Positions 28,291-40,600 of a stretch of DNA of 64,000 bases are shown one piece after another (within the stretch, counting starts at the first letter, position 1; the number at the start of each line of letters is the position of its first letter). The notes beneath the pieces were generated by a model that was not told the DNA's origin, made no database searches, and was given only the letters and a program-made list of their open reading frames with translations. The translations under genes were made by a program, and so were the position numbers. Origin of the DNA: Klebsormidium nitens (taxonomy: Eukaryota > Plantae > Klebsormidiophyceae); NCBI GenBank assembly GCA_000708835.1, contig DF236984.1, forward strand, positions 1-64,000, written 5' to 3'.

Positions 28291-31200
28291 CTACAAGGAG
28301 GGCATTGTTATCCGATGCAGTGGAGTGCTTGTGACAAACTCGACAGGGTGCTAGAGCGTACCGACAAAATGCAAACGTGTGTACGGCGTATCCAACATAG
28401 AGATCACTGCCATCGCTTGCACGCAGTATGTCTGCGTTAGTATAGCTCTGGACCATTCTTACTCAAAACACGCACAATGTGCATTGCAAGAGACTAATGG
28501 CATTCAGTAGAACTCAAGACTCGGCATTCCAGTTCACTCCTCATCCATGGCAATGGTTCTACTACTTTGGGCCGGGCCCGCTATCTTCTCGAAGCCTTCC
28601 CTACTACTCATGGTGCATGCGCCATAAGTGGTTCTTTTAAGGGGAGCTGAGCGAGAGTCAAACTCCCGCAAGGTTTGATTGATTTTGTGTAAACATGTAT
28701 GGCATGCAGACATTGTACATATGTATCCCATCAGTGAGCGATGGTAATACCGGAGTACGCGCTTTTGCTTGCTGCTTTGTCGGATTGGCGGCAGGAATGC
28801 ACATCAGGCTCAGGATCGAACACTCAACTGCATCGATCCGATCGTGGCGGCCACATAGCTGTATACAGGGCCGATAGTAAGGATAGAGCTCGTAAACGCA
28901 TAGGAAGCTCTGCGAACTGATTCGCCATCATGCAGAGCTTCAGATCACTTGATCAGCGGAGGTTTTAGGGCCCCGGCGGTCACCCGGCGGTCACGTACTC
29001 AGTGTCGGAGCGTTTGTGAATCTAGGAAGAAGGAAAGCAATCACTTTTCGGAAAGGTGGTCCACTCATCAGAAAAGAGGAATCGATTTGAGGGTTAATTC
29101 TCACTATCATGCAGAGGTCGCAGCTGGCGAGGCGACTCGGACCACCACCCGCACTTCATAACTGGGCAAAATGGTCAAACCGGGTCGGCATTCTTGCCAA
29201 GTGTCACCCGAAATACAAAATATGGTCCGAGGGCGCACGATTATTCTGAGACCCGGGCCGAAATTGGCCTAATATAGTTGGAGAAAACAGACAAAGCATT
29301 TCTTCACCGATTTCGGCGGTTCTTCTTCCGATAGGCTGGAAACATGCTTCCAACAAGAATCATCGAAACGAAACCACGATTGAAAACGATGCAGAAAGCT
29401 GGATTTTGCATGCATTAATAGAGTATTTACTCGTATGCTTGCCCTTGAATGTGCAAAATTTCAGGTTGCGAAACATGATTATGCCAATCCTACCTCATGT
29501 AAGTTAGGAGTATTTATAGTGGTGGCAATCACTGGGTTGGTCAGTGGCGCGCTCTGCCAGTGCAACTTTTACAGTTGCATGCGTTCTAACTTCTAACCGA
29601 ACTTTCTGACACCCGTCGTCAGCTCTGGTCACCCCGGTCGACGGCGGGCCAGATCTTACCCCCGAGCATAGGTATGATGGACGGTGCCGACTCCCGAGCT
29701 TGAAACGTACCGTCGTACTACGTACGACCAACTTGAAACTCCGGCCGGGGTGGCCGCATTGACACAACTCGCCCGCCCCCGGGGCTCATCCCCTGTCACA
29801 CCAGTTCACGGCGCCGGCGTTTGACCCCGTCACGCATACGTCACCGTCTCGGCTTTCACTGTTCAGTCTGGTTCTCGGATTCTCGGGTGCTCAAATATCA
29901 ATGCCAGCTGGCAAGCTCCCCCTGATCCGGAGTCTGAGTCTTGACTCCTGACTCCTGAGGCTGAGGTCGACTCATCCGAGCAGGGAGGGAGCAGGGAGGC
30001 ATTTGAAATGGCGGATCTTGAAGTGTTCATACAGGGATCTCCTGAAGCGCACTCTGGGGCTTCTGCATGACGCAGAAGACAGGCCCCATGGCGGATATTG
30101 CATCAACCTGCAACCTCGTGGACGACAGGGGTATGATAGCTTCTTAGAGTTGGCTTTTGGCTGGTCTTCATTGAGCTGTTCGCTTGCTGTAGCTGCTTGA
30201 TTTGTTTTTGGCGCTACATTGGGTTCCTGAGAAGCTGAATGCGCATAGGAGAGCTGACCTTTGTGGGAAGACCTAGAGTTGCCGCAAAGGTTTGGCCATT
30301 CAGGGTTTTACCCCAGACTCTGAAAGCTAGGGGCAGCTCAACAAGGGGAGCAATCAGGCGCATTCTCTACTCAACTGGCTGATCTACATTGTTTTTTGGC
30401 GGTGGAATAACAAGGTAATGGTTTTCTCCTCCTTTGTCTTTAGACACGTGCTTGCAAGTCGCAAGTCAGTGCCAGACAACTCGAGCTATTCTGACCCCGA
30501 CTATACAAGTGTTGTGTGTCAGGCAGCCCTCGTAAGGGTGTAAAAGCAGACATTGACTGTAGGTATCAAAAATTTCCCCAACATTTGCGAAGGGTTTTGA
30601 TGAGCTTGAGTCTTTTGGCATATCGACGTGCTTCTCTGGACGTCTCTCCCTGCACTTTGGAAAAGTTAGGGTTCAAGGGGGTCAAGCACAAGTTATATCC
30701 AATTGCAAGTGCTTCTGGCGAGCGATGCACCCTGTATATTGGTATTGAAGTTTAAGTAGTGATATGTGAGTTGCATTGCAAAGAGCAACCCGGAAGAGAT
30801 TGGTTGGATTGTCTGAAAACATTTTGTTTCGTGTTCAATAAGGTCCAACTGACAAGCAAACCTCTGGAAATGCGTATTGATAGAAAACAGCCTTCGCATG
30901 ATCGAGTGTAAGGCACGATTTAAGCATCTGCTTATGGACTTTTTAGGAAGGTTCTAATGCAACTGTGGCTTCGTTTCACACTCTTTCTCCTGGCAGGTCA
31001 GATGGCCCGTTCGCAAAGCGTTTGCAAACCGTTCAGTCAATGTACATTGTCAGTGGTTAAGCACACAAGTAGATTTTTTTTGCAGTTGTCAAGTTGGTTC
31101 CACGGTTGATATTGGCAGACCACGTGCCGAACTCCGGTTTCTTTACACATTGACCTTTTGCTTGTGTCCATGGTTCTGGACAAAATAAAACATTCGATAA

Positions 31201-31692
31201 CGCAACAGTGATTGCAAATATTTGCAGTCCTTTGCAGTTGGCAGAAAGCACCTTTGAAGTTGGGGACAGCATGCCATACTGTCACCTGTGCTTCTCTCCC
31301 TCTTTAGCTCACTTCACGTGAGATTACCTTTTAGTCTCTTGTCCTCTTGTTTTTTGAGTGAAGCACGGTTATGCTGAATTCTTACTCTCTGGTTATTTCC
31401 AGGCACCCTACGAGCTAGTAAGGCGGCGGAGACGCCCCAGCCACTTGTGCTCTTTGCTCATCAGACGCTACAGCCTCAAGCCCGAATGAGTCGCACTTCC
31501 GGGGGGGCCACAATCACACTAGCAGAGGTTTTCGAGTTGGACATAGGAACAGCACAAGTGCAAAGGATGACTCGAGCGTCTGCGGTTAGCTGCCTAAATC
31601 CATGTGAAGCCCGGAAGCAGCAATGAGTGTGTGTCGCTGAAGACAACTTGAGCGTCCATCGCTAGAGGTCCGCTGACATCAGCATCAGCGTC

Positions 31693-34600
31693 ATGCGGCC
31701 GGCAGGCGGCCGGGGCTCCTCGGGGGGCCCCTCCTCTGCCAGCACGTCCGGTCCGACCTCCCCCCAACGCAACAACGACACTTGGGATCTGAGCATCTTC
31801 AAGGTCCCGAAGCCAAAGTCGTGCATCTTCTGGTGCAAGCACTGTCCCCCCGGCTTGCGCCGCTTCCTCCTATGGCTGTGGCTCTTTGTCGGGCTTGCGG
31901 CAGCGGTGACGGCCGCTGTCATCATCATCCGCAACCTGAAGGTGAACCGGCAGCGGGACTTGGAGCTCGAGTGCAAGAACAGGGCGAACGTGCTGCAGAG
32001 CGAGCTGCGCGCAGCGGCGGACCAGGCGCTGATGTACTCGGGGTTCGTGCTGACGCTGCAAGGGAACCTGACGCAACAAAACTTCCAAACGTGGGTTCCC
32101 TCTCTCCGGCATGTCTCATCTGGATTCGTATCGACTTCGCAGGGGGTTCTGACACAGGCCAAAATCGAATTTTCAATTTTCTCCACAGCCTTACTTTGTC
32201 TGTTCAGCAGCTTCCAGTTGAAATGTCTCTGATTCATGTTGCACAGCTATCCCCATTGTCTCTGTCCAGCCAGCATCTCTCGGTTTCTGAGCTGCTTTCC
32301 AACACCGACCTCAGAGCCCCCGAAGCTTGTAAGGAATGGCCCACAGCTTGCTTTTCTTGTAAGATCTGGAGCTATGAAGTTCACCACTGAGACTTCCCTT
32401 TGCCAAGCATACGGTCCTTCCTATTCCAATCTTTGCAATATCAGTGTTAACAAACACCTTACACACCTGGCAGGTTTGGAGAGGCAACAATTCGCGCTCG
32501 GTTTCTTCTTGGGCGCATCGCCTACTTGATCCGGGTCACACAGGCGCAGCGGCCACTGCTTGACACGCCCTTCTTCCCCTTCACGCAATACGCTCCAAAC
32601 TCGTCAACGATCCAGGTGCCTCGAGACAATGCATCGGAGTATGCCCTCGTGCGGTATACAGGGCAGGTGCCGCTGAGGGGTAATGTCTTTGGCCTCGACC
32701 TGGCAGGTTCGTGATTGTTCCAACTCGATCATCAACTCCCTGCAAATCCTGCATCTTCATACGTGGTAGAAAGTGTCGGCGGGCTGGTCTACTGTCGTTG
32801 GCAGGGACACCGTCAATGGGTTTCGAGTACAGGACCCTCTGGTTTGTGGTTATCATTGTATCAAGCAACTTTTTCTATCTTCGACAAAGTTCTGCTGAAC
32901 ACTTGACCTTGGGTGATGCGATTCTGCGGTTTTCTTGAAAAGAACCGTTTGTCAAACCCTGAAAAGTCTCTCTTTGGTTGCGGAATGACGTCTTCCAAGC
33001 CCGTGAGGCTTGAAAGGGGGAGATAGTAGGAGTTTTGCCGCAGAATCACACAGTCTTTGTGTCGAGCAGCGTCCCTACTCTTGGGAGCGTCCACTGGCGC
33101 TCAAGGTGTATGATCTGCTGATGTCCTCTCTGCTATCTCTTCTGTGGCAGCCGATCCCGTCCTGTCGCAGACCATTTTCGAAGCTCGGGACACGGGCAAG
33201 GAGCAGCTCTCCCCCCCCCGCATCCTCTACAACGGACTTCTGGGTTTCGTCATCGTTTCTGCAGTCTACGAGCCAGTCGCTTTCCCGGAAAGTGCGACTG
33301 TGCAGCAGCGTCGGGACGCTTGCATCGGGTGAGACATTGTAGGCAGGGCCGCGTTGTCATCACACGTAGTTCGAAGGCTCTCTCTACTCGGTTGTGTGTA
33401 GTTTGATCTGCTCTGGTTGGATCTTGACAAGGCTATGCACGTTTATGTAACGAGCTGAAAAGCAATGTTTTGAGTTGGCATGGAATCTCGTAACCTGCTC
33501 GGCTTCACGCACCTGTTTTGTGCATATGAACAACTCCCTGCGATCTCCGATTGTCTGGTCCGTCTCCACTTTGGAGCGTTCATCACCACACGCGATAAGA
33601 ACCAAGCCAAGCGCAGCTTTCGTGATTGCTGTTAATGGGTTTGTAATGTCTTGTTTCTGGAGACCACAGTGGGAGTGTCGTCGGACTTGAACCAGTGCAC
33701 CGATGCTGCTTGAAATCGCGAATTTTCGAAGTGTCTAATTCGTCTCGCTGTCTCGTCCTGCCCTGAATTTGCAGCGACCTCCGTCTCACAACCGTTGTAC
33801 GGTCTGGCCTTTGTGGTACGCCTTATGATAAGAACCTTTTTGGAGTAGTTCAACCGTGTGATTGGAGCTTTATGCGCAGATGAGCTGGCCGAGTCCTCGG
33901 TGGTATGCTCCCGAGTTTTTAAGGGGATGCATTTTCACTGTTACAGATATGGGTGCTCCTATGCGTGTCAAGGTGTGCAACGGTGCTTGTAACTCTGCTT
34001 GTCCACTGGGCAAAGAGAGTTGACCGAGTTTGACGCAATGTGTATTGCCCACTTTGCAGGTACACCTATGCGCAAGTGAACGCGCAGTCGCTGGCTAACA
34101 ACGTGTTTGCCAATTTCTCTGACACGAGGGTGGAGTCGCGCGTGTATGACGTCACAACAGAGCCCCCCCAGGACACGAACCTGCTGTATGCCCGCCACTT
34201 CCAAAATAACAACGGAAGTGGCAGTTCGGCTACGCTGCTCGACCAAGGGACCAACCTCACCGTGATGCTCCCAAAATGGAAGCCCGACTACGCAATTCCA
34301 ATTTATGAGCAATCCAGGATCTACTCCTTGCAATGTAGGAGGGTGAGTTGTTCAAAACGCTTTTTCGCTCTGATCGAGTCTCAGACAAAACTTGCCCAAC
34401 CATATCGGACCAAGCCTTGGCTTATTTAACCAGAAGATGCAGCGGGTTTGAGACGCAGCCAGCTTCCATCATGTTTCAAAAAAGTATAAAAGGACGCTAG
34501 ACTACTTCGAGTTTCCCCAACGTCAAGTTGAATCCAATGACCCCTATTCCATTCCTTCTGAGCCGTGTTGAGCTTCGTGCTCGAAATTTCCAGTTTTGAC

Positions 34601-37600
34601 AAGTTCAGAGGTTTCCAAAGACTGCTTTTCCTCTTAGGTCCGTCCATTGTTTCCATCTCACAGGTCACGTCTCTTGTTTCCATTTTTCTCTAAGAAACCC
34701 GTCGCTTGAACTTTTCTGGCTTGTGCCCTGCAGACAAACCCGGGTAATGCCAGGATCGTGATGACCGGGGTGGGCTACGCGATCCTCATCATGTTCGTGG
34801 TTCTCATGGCCGCCCTGACCATGTACATTTCCTTCAAGCGCCTTGACAGCATGGAGAAGGTGCGTAAATTCCAAGAATCCTGGACGCCTTCTATGATCCG
34901 AGCTCCAGGGGTTAGGGTTCTAAGATTGAGATTTTGGGGTCTTGGGATTGGCAGTCTGACCTTGTGAAATTCGTATTCCAACGGCCGCCCTGACCATGTA
35001 CACTCCTTTCAAGCCCCTTGACAGCATGGGGAAGGAGTGAATAGATTCAGGCTTGGTGATGACGTCTGTTTCTTGAGGAGGACTCACAGACTAGCTGCAC
35101 ACACCGCTTTCCATAAATCTAAACGTGAGTTCAAAGGAATTTCCATTTTGGATGACCCTTTCCTCGTCAGCCACTTTTCGAAGTGGCACCGTAGCAATCT
35201 GGGCAAAGAGTCGAGTAACATTCTTCCAGACCAGTCCAGCCAACTAGCAGAAACTATTTTCAGACAATAGAAAATGATCTGAGTTCTGAAGCTTTGCGTA
35301 CATCTGCAGGAGGCGGCTCGGATGCATATAGTGTCTGAACGACTGTCGATGGCCAAGGCTGCGGCTGAAGCTGCTGACACTGCAAAAGGTAGGCGCCCCT
35401 TTTCCCTCCCGGGCAGATGAGTTGCAAGGTTACGGCCAACCTGGGGACTATAGAATGACGGCTAAGGTTATATACAGAATGTACGGGTTGGAAATTGACA
35501 GTCCGCCTTCGAGTTTCCATCGTGAAATCCAGGTCCATTATTGACACGATGGCTTTCATTTATCGCCAGCACCACCCGTCCTGTCGCTTTTTTGGAGTGA
35601 CTCACCTCTGACTGGCAATGCGGTTGAGCGAAATACAGTTTCCAAGTCGTTCTTGAGTGTTCCGAGTCCTTCCAATCAGCTCCAGGTCTTCTGAGTTCTC
35701 AGGTAGCGAGACGTTTCGAGGTTTCGAGGCCTCCCGTTTCGAGCGCAACGGTTCACCAGTTGAAACTCGAGATCGAAATCTGCTGACTCTTCTTGATGCT
35801 TGTCGACTCTGCAGGCCGCTTTCTGGCAACCGTTTCTCACGAGATCAGGTCAGTTCCCTCCCGAGATTGTCGTGCACGTAAATGACCACTCGGACGAGTC
35901 TGCTTGATATGGTCTTTGGAAACGGTTGTTAGAATGCTCTCTTCAGTTATGAGCCTCTTTGAGATTATGCGTTATTCTATGCATCTAATCTAGGGATAGA
36001 TTAGAAACGTTCTCCTTTCGTATACATCTGCCGGTTCCTAGAGAACGATGCTGAGTCTGCCTTTGCTGCTTTTTCTGCAGGACCCCCCTGAACGGTGAGA
36101 CCCCCTCGTGGCTCGTACGCGGTTCCTTGTGTTGACGCCGTTAAATACTGCACAGCGCACGTTTGTTTCCAACCATGCACTTGTTGCAATCACATACTTT
36201 GCCACTTTCGTCCCTTGATTATCCTTAAAAATGGGTGCTTTGGTCTGGGCTTGGACTTTTGAGCAAAGAGAGCCGTAAGACTTCGCCAGTGAGGGAATCA
36301 CAGGCATTCCAGGGTTCTCAGCGCCTGCGGCTGCGAAGGAATCGCGTGCCTTCGTTGCACACGTGGAGAGCTCTATGTGCTCGCTCTCGCTTTCGTGTTC
36401 ACTGCATGTGCACGAGCTGTTCTGCGTTGCCTTAACTGAAAACGAATGCATGTCGATCAAGCTGGTCGAACGGCGATCTCGTACTTGCAGGCGTGTTGGG
36501 CTGCATGTCGCTTTTGTTGGACACTCCGCTGAACGACGTCCAGCTGGACTATGTGCGGACGGCGCGGGCCAGTGGCAAGGCGCTGGTTGCTCTGGTGAGC
36601 GGACTCTCGCAACCCAGGGAATCTTGAAGCCATTATTTCAGAAGTACTCAAAGTAGCTTGTTCAGAGGACTCGTCTGTGGGCGTCGGATATGCGGACGTC
36701 CAGATTTCGTGGACTACATTCCGGACAGCAGTAGGGCGATAATTCCGACACTGCGGGGATAAGGCCTTGACACCGCCGACCCCTTTGAAAGGAGACCCAT
36801 TCCTTGTGCTCCACATCATCGCTTCTCTGCCTCAGCTGTGAGAAGGCCCTGCGAGCGACAAGAGAATCTGATTGCGATCGGAAAGCCACGCTGGGCTCTC
36901 TTCGGGGAACTTGCATCAGTGTTCTCCATGCTCTTGTTAGCTTCCACAAGTATTTTGCTTATTGTCTGAAGTCTTCGTTTTTGTGCAGGTCAATGACGTG
37001 CTGGATCTCAGGTGAGCATCGTCCCGTCCACTTTCTCCTCACCCGGCTTGCCGAGGACAGTGGATTGATTGAAGACATTCCACTTTGATGTGTCAACATA
37101 TACTGCGGCCATTGCTGTTTCTTGCTGTTTTACATTGCCCTTTCCCCCCGTCTAGACAGGGTGTGTGGAATATACAATCGATATTGTCCATTGTTGGCTG
37201 GCCCCCATGAGGTGCGTTAGAGCAGAGAAGAAGAATCTGCGGTCTTTTCTGGCCCGCCTCTCGGCCACGTCTTTTTGGGTTTCGTCCTAACATTGCTCGC
37301 TGACGCGCTGTTTTTCAAGAGCTGCCAAAGAGAGTCGTTTCTCATTCGCTGTCGCTTACTTCTTTCTTGTCGAAAGGCAGGGTCGAAGGAATTTGTAGCT
37401 CGTAGGTTTGTCCTCACCCTGCAGCTTCAGCTAAGCAAACCGTCACGCTACAAGAAGGCGTCAGGTTGTCAAGCGCACCAAAGACATTACAACTCTGAAG
37501 ATCTGGTCGTCAGAGGGACTTGGTGCACACGAATGTCGACTCAGCGACCAACTGGCCAATTTTCCCAATTGTGGTCGCCGTGGTGATACGGGTTCCAGAT

Positions 37601-40600
37601 CGCCCTCGAAATGCTTTGCTCCTGTTGTGATCGCACTCGAAATGCTTTGCTCCTGTTGTGCTCTACCATTGCAGAAAGTTCAAGGCTGGTGCTGTGCAGC
37701 TGGGCCTCTTTCCCCGGGCAATCTTTTTCTCTCAATCATTGGATGATGGATACTTTAAGAATCTGAAGTCTGTCCTGACTCATCGCGCCTAACACGTGCA
37801 GCAAAGTAGAGGCGGGCGCCATGGAGCTGGAGTGCGAACCATTCGACATCCGTTCGTTGATCGAGGACATCTTGGGCATGTTTGCGAGCACGACCCGAGA
37901 GAAGGGCCTCGAGTTGGCAGGCCTTGTCAGGGACGGCGTTCCGGAGACGGTCGTCGGCGACGCTGGGAGGATCCGGCAAGTGCTGATCAACTTGCTGGGA
38001 AACTCGGTCAAGGTGAGGCGAAGCTGATCTCAAGCTTTTGGGTTAGGAATTTTGGTCTTGAACTCTTTGAGTGAAGGGCTTCGGAATGATGGGCCTCGTT
38101 CTCGAAAGCTTACCTGAGACTCTGGTCGGCGATGGGGCCACAATTCACTAGTTGGTGATTAACCTGCTGGTTTTCAGGTCAAGGTGAGGCGAAGCTGTGG
38201 TCCCGCTTTTGGTTTCTTGGAGCTCATTCAAAAGATACTAGAGAAAGGGCCTTGAACTGGCGGGCCTTATTTGAAACTCGGTCGGCGACGTGCGGACAAG
38301 GTCTGTCTGGTGCTAATGGGTTCGCTGGGGTGCTCATCAAAAGGTGGGCCAAATGTGGACGCCTATAGACATTTTGTGATCTGGATGATGGTAGTCGTTT
38401 GAAGTGGAGTTCTTGAGACGTTCGTTGGCAATATGGTCAGGTGCTTGGGGAGTATGTCAGTCGAACAGAAGGTATGGTCCCAGGAAAAATTGTTGACTAG
38501 AAAGGGTTGTTGTTTACCAACTTGAGCCGGCAAGTCTGGTCCGAAGGCTGTGCCAAGAAGCACTTCTGATGCTGGGGGTTTCTGCCGGCGATGCGGACGA
38601 TGCAAGAACGATTTGCCAATTGCTGATCAACTTGCTCTGGGGTTTTCTGTCAAAGGAACTCATTCTTGCATTGTGCGATCTGGCTCGTTGCCTTACTTGG
38701 ACTTCGGTGAGTATCAAGCTTCCAGTGGGGAAAACAGAAAAGGCCAAAACGCCGTTTATTTTCTCCAACTTACTTCTGATGAAGGCTCAACAAAAGCAGA
38801 CGTGGTGTCCGTCCTCTCGTCCGCAGTTCACTCAAAAGGGCAGCGTCTTCGTTTGCGTCTGGGCCGCCCATTTCCCGAAAAGCGCCCCCCCGACGGCGGA
38901 AAGCGACCGTGCCGGGCCAGCGGTTTCCTGGGTCTCGAAGGACGTTCTCGACCTTTCCGGAGGGGGTCGGGGGGCGACCCTCCGGCGCGCGAAGCTCGCA
39001 TTCGGCAGCCCGAACATTCTTGTCGCGCCCGCAGCAGGGCCGTCCGGGATTGGGGGCAGCTTCCGAGAAGATGACGGGCGGCGGATCTCGAAAAGCTCCA
39101 TGTTTGGGAGCTTGAGACTAGGCCGAAGCGCCCGGTTTTCAGAGCCAAGCAAACCTGGGGAGCACCCGGGGGGGATCCTCAAGTCGGCGTCGGCGCTCGG
39201 GAGTAGCTCACGGTTCAAGCACGTGACGATCAGTATACCGGACCCTGCCGGTGAGGAACCGAGCACGTCCGAGGAGCGGAGGACAGAGGACAGGAGGACT
39301 GAGGAGACAACGGCGCGAAGCGCCAGCTTCTCTCAAAAGTTGAAGATGACGCTCAGCGGGTTGACGAAAGGGGCGCTGCTCCGGAAAGGGGGGGAGCGAG
39401 AGGAGGCGGGACGGGCCCCCGAGAAGCAAACCGTCCCCCCCGCAGGGAGCACGGAGGATTCCGACGGGGCTCGGAGCCGGGCACGGCGGAGAAGCTTTGA
39501 GATCTACGACCGCACTTCGAACTCGATGCGACGGGATATCGAGATGGGCTCTACGAAGGAGACCCCTGAGGGGAGGCTGCGGGAAGTCGAGAAGGACGCG
39601 AGCACCAGGGGGGGAGAGAACGGCTCAGCGAGCGACCTCCCAGAAGAGGATATGGAGCTGCGGGTGTTCTTCCGGGTGGAGGACACTGGGCCGGGTGTGC
39701 CCCCGAACGTGCAGAGCAAGCTGTTCCGGCCGTTTCAGCAGGCGGACAGCAGTACGAGCCGGAAGTTTGGGGGAACCGGAATCGGGCTTGTCATCAGGTA
39801 AACACTCCTCTTTCTCCTACCGCAAAGCGATGGTCTTTCTCGAAATGTTTCATGTCCCCTCCAGCAACAAATCAGATGGTGCCGGCTTCGCTGAAGGAGA
39901 CTCCGGTCTTGATCAGGTCCTCGTTAGGCCTTTCAGATAGAAAGGACTCTGTGGCGAGGACTCTGTGGCAGATGCAATACGATGCCGACATAGCACGTTT
40001 TTGGGTTGGTGTTTCTACAAGAGTCCCTTCAAGGCACTTCCTTCTTAACCTCTATTTGTTCCTTGAAATCTACCTTGCATCCTGTCTCCCCCTCTCCAGT
40101 GATTGGCTGAACACTTTCATGAGCGGTTCCATCATGGCCTGCAAAGATCGACGTGAAGAGTGTTCGCTTCTGCTACCTTCCTTTCAGTCAGAGTCAGAGT
40201 CAGAGTCAGAGTCAGAAAGAGCCCCTCCAGTTATTCACCGCTCCTTCCCTTTCTCACCAGTGAACGGCTGATCACGCTCATGGGTGGTTCCGTCATGGCC
40301 TGGAGCGAAACCGACGTCGGCACCAGCTTCCAGTTCGACGTCCACATGCCCGCCGTTGACCTCGCCCCCCCCACCCCTAGTTCCGGCGGGCAGTCGCCTG
40401 TCGCCAACCATGGGACCAATTGGCAACAGAGCTCGAGAGCGCCGTCCGATTTCGAGGGCGCACGCGCGATTGTGGTTCAAGACGAGGACGTAAGTTCAGA
40501 ATTCTTTAGAAGTGTCTGAGCTTTCAAGTATTTGGGGGTTGCTGTACGCGCCACGTGCCTGTGAGTTGGGCCTCGTTTTGGCAAGGTGCTGATTTGCTGG

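Noticed and set aside
29160-29812. Possible TIR element bounded by aactgg/ccagtt
   Set aside because: Only 6 bp of inverted match and no TSD.
30003-31285. Short ORFs upstream of the kinase
   Set aside because: No recognisable domains or consistent exon chain.
38569-38826. N-terminal part of the 410-aa ORF as kinase coding sequence
   Set aside because: It is intronic, containing echo 4. The in-phase acceptor is at 38827 (ccgcag|ttcact).
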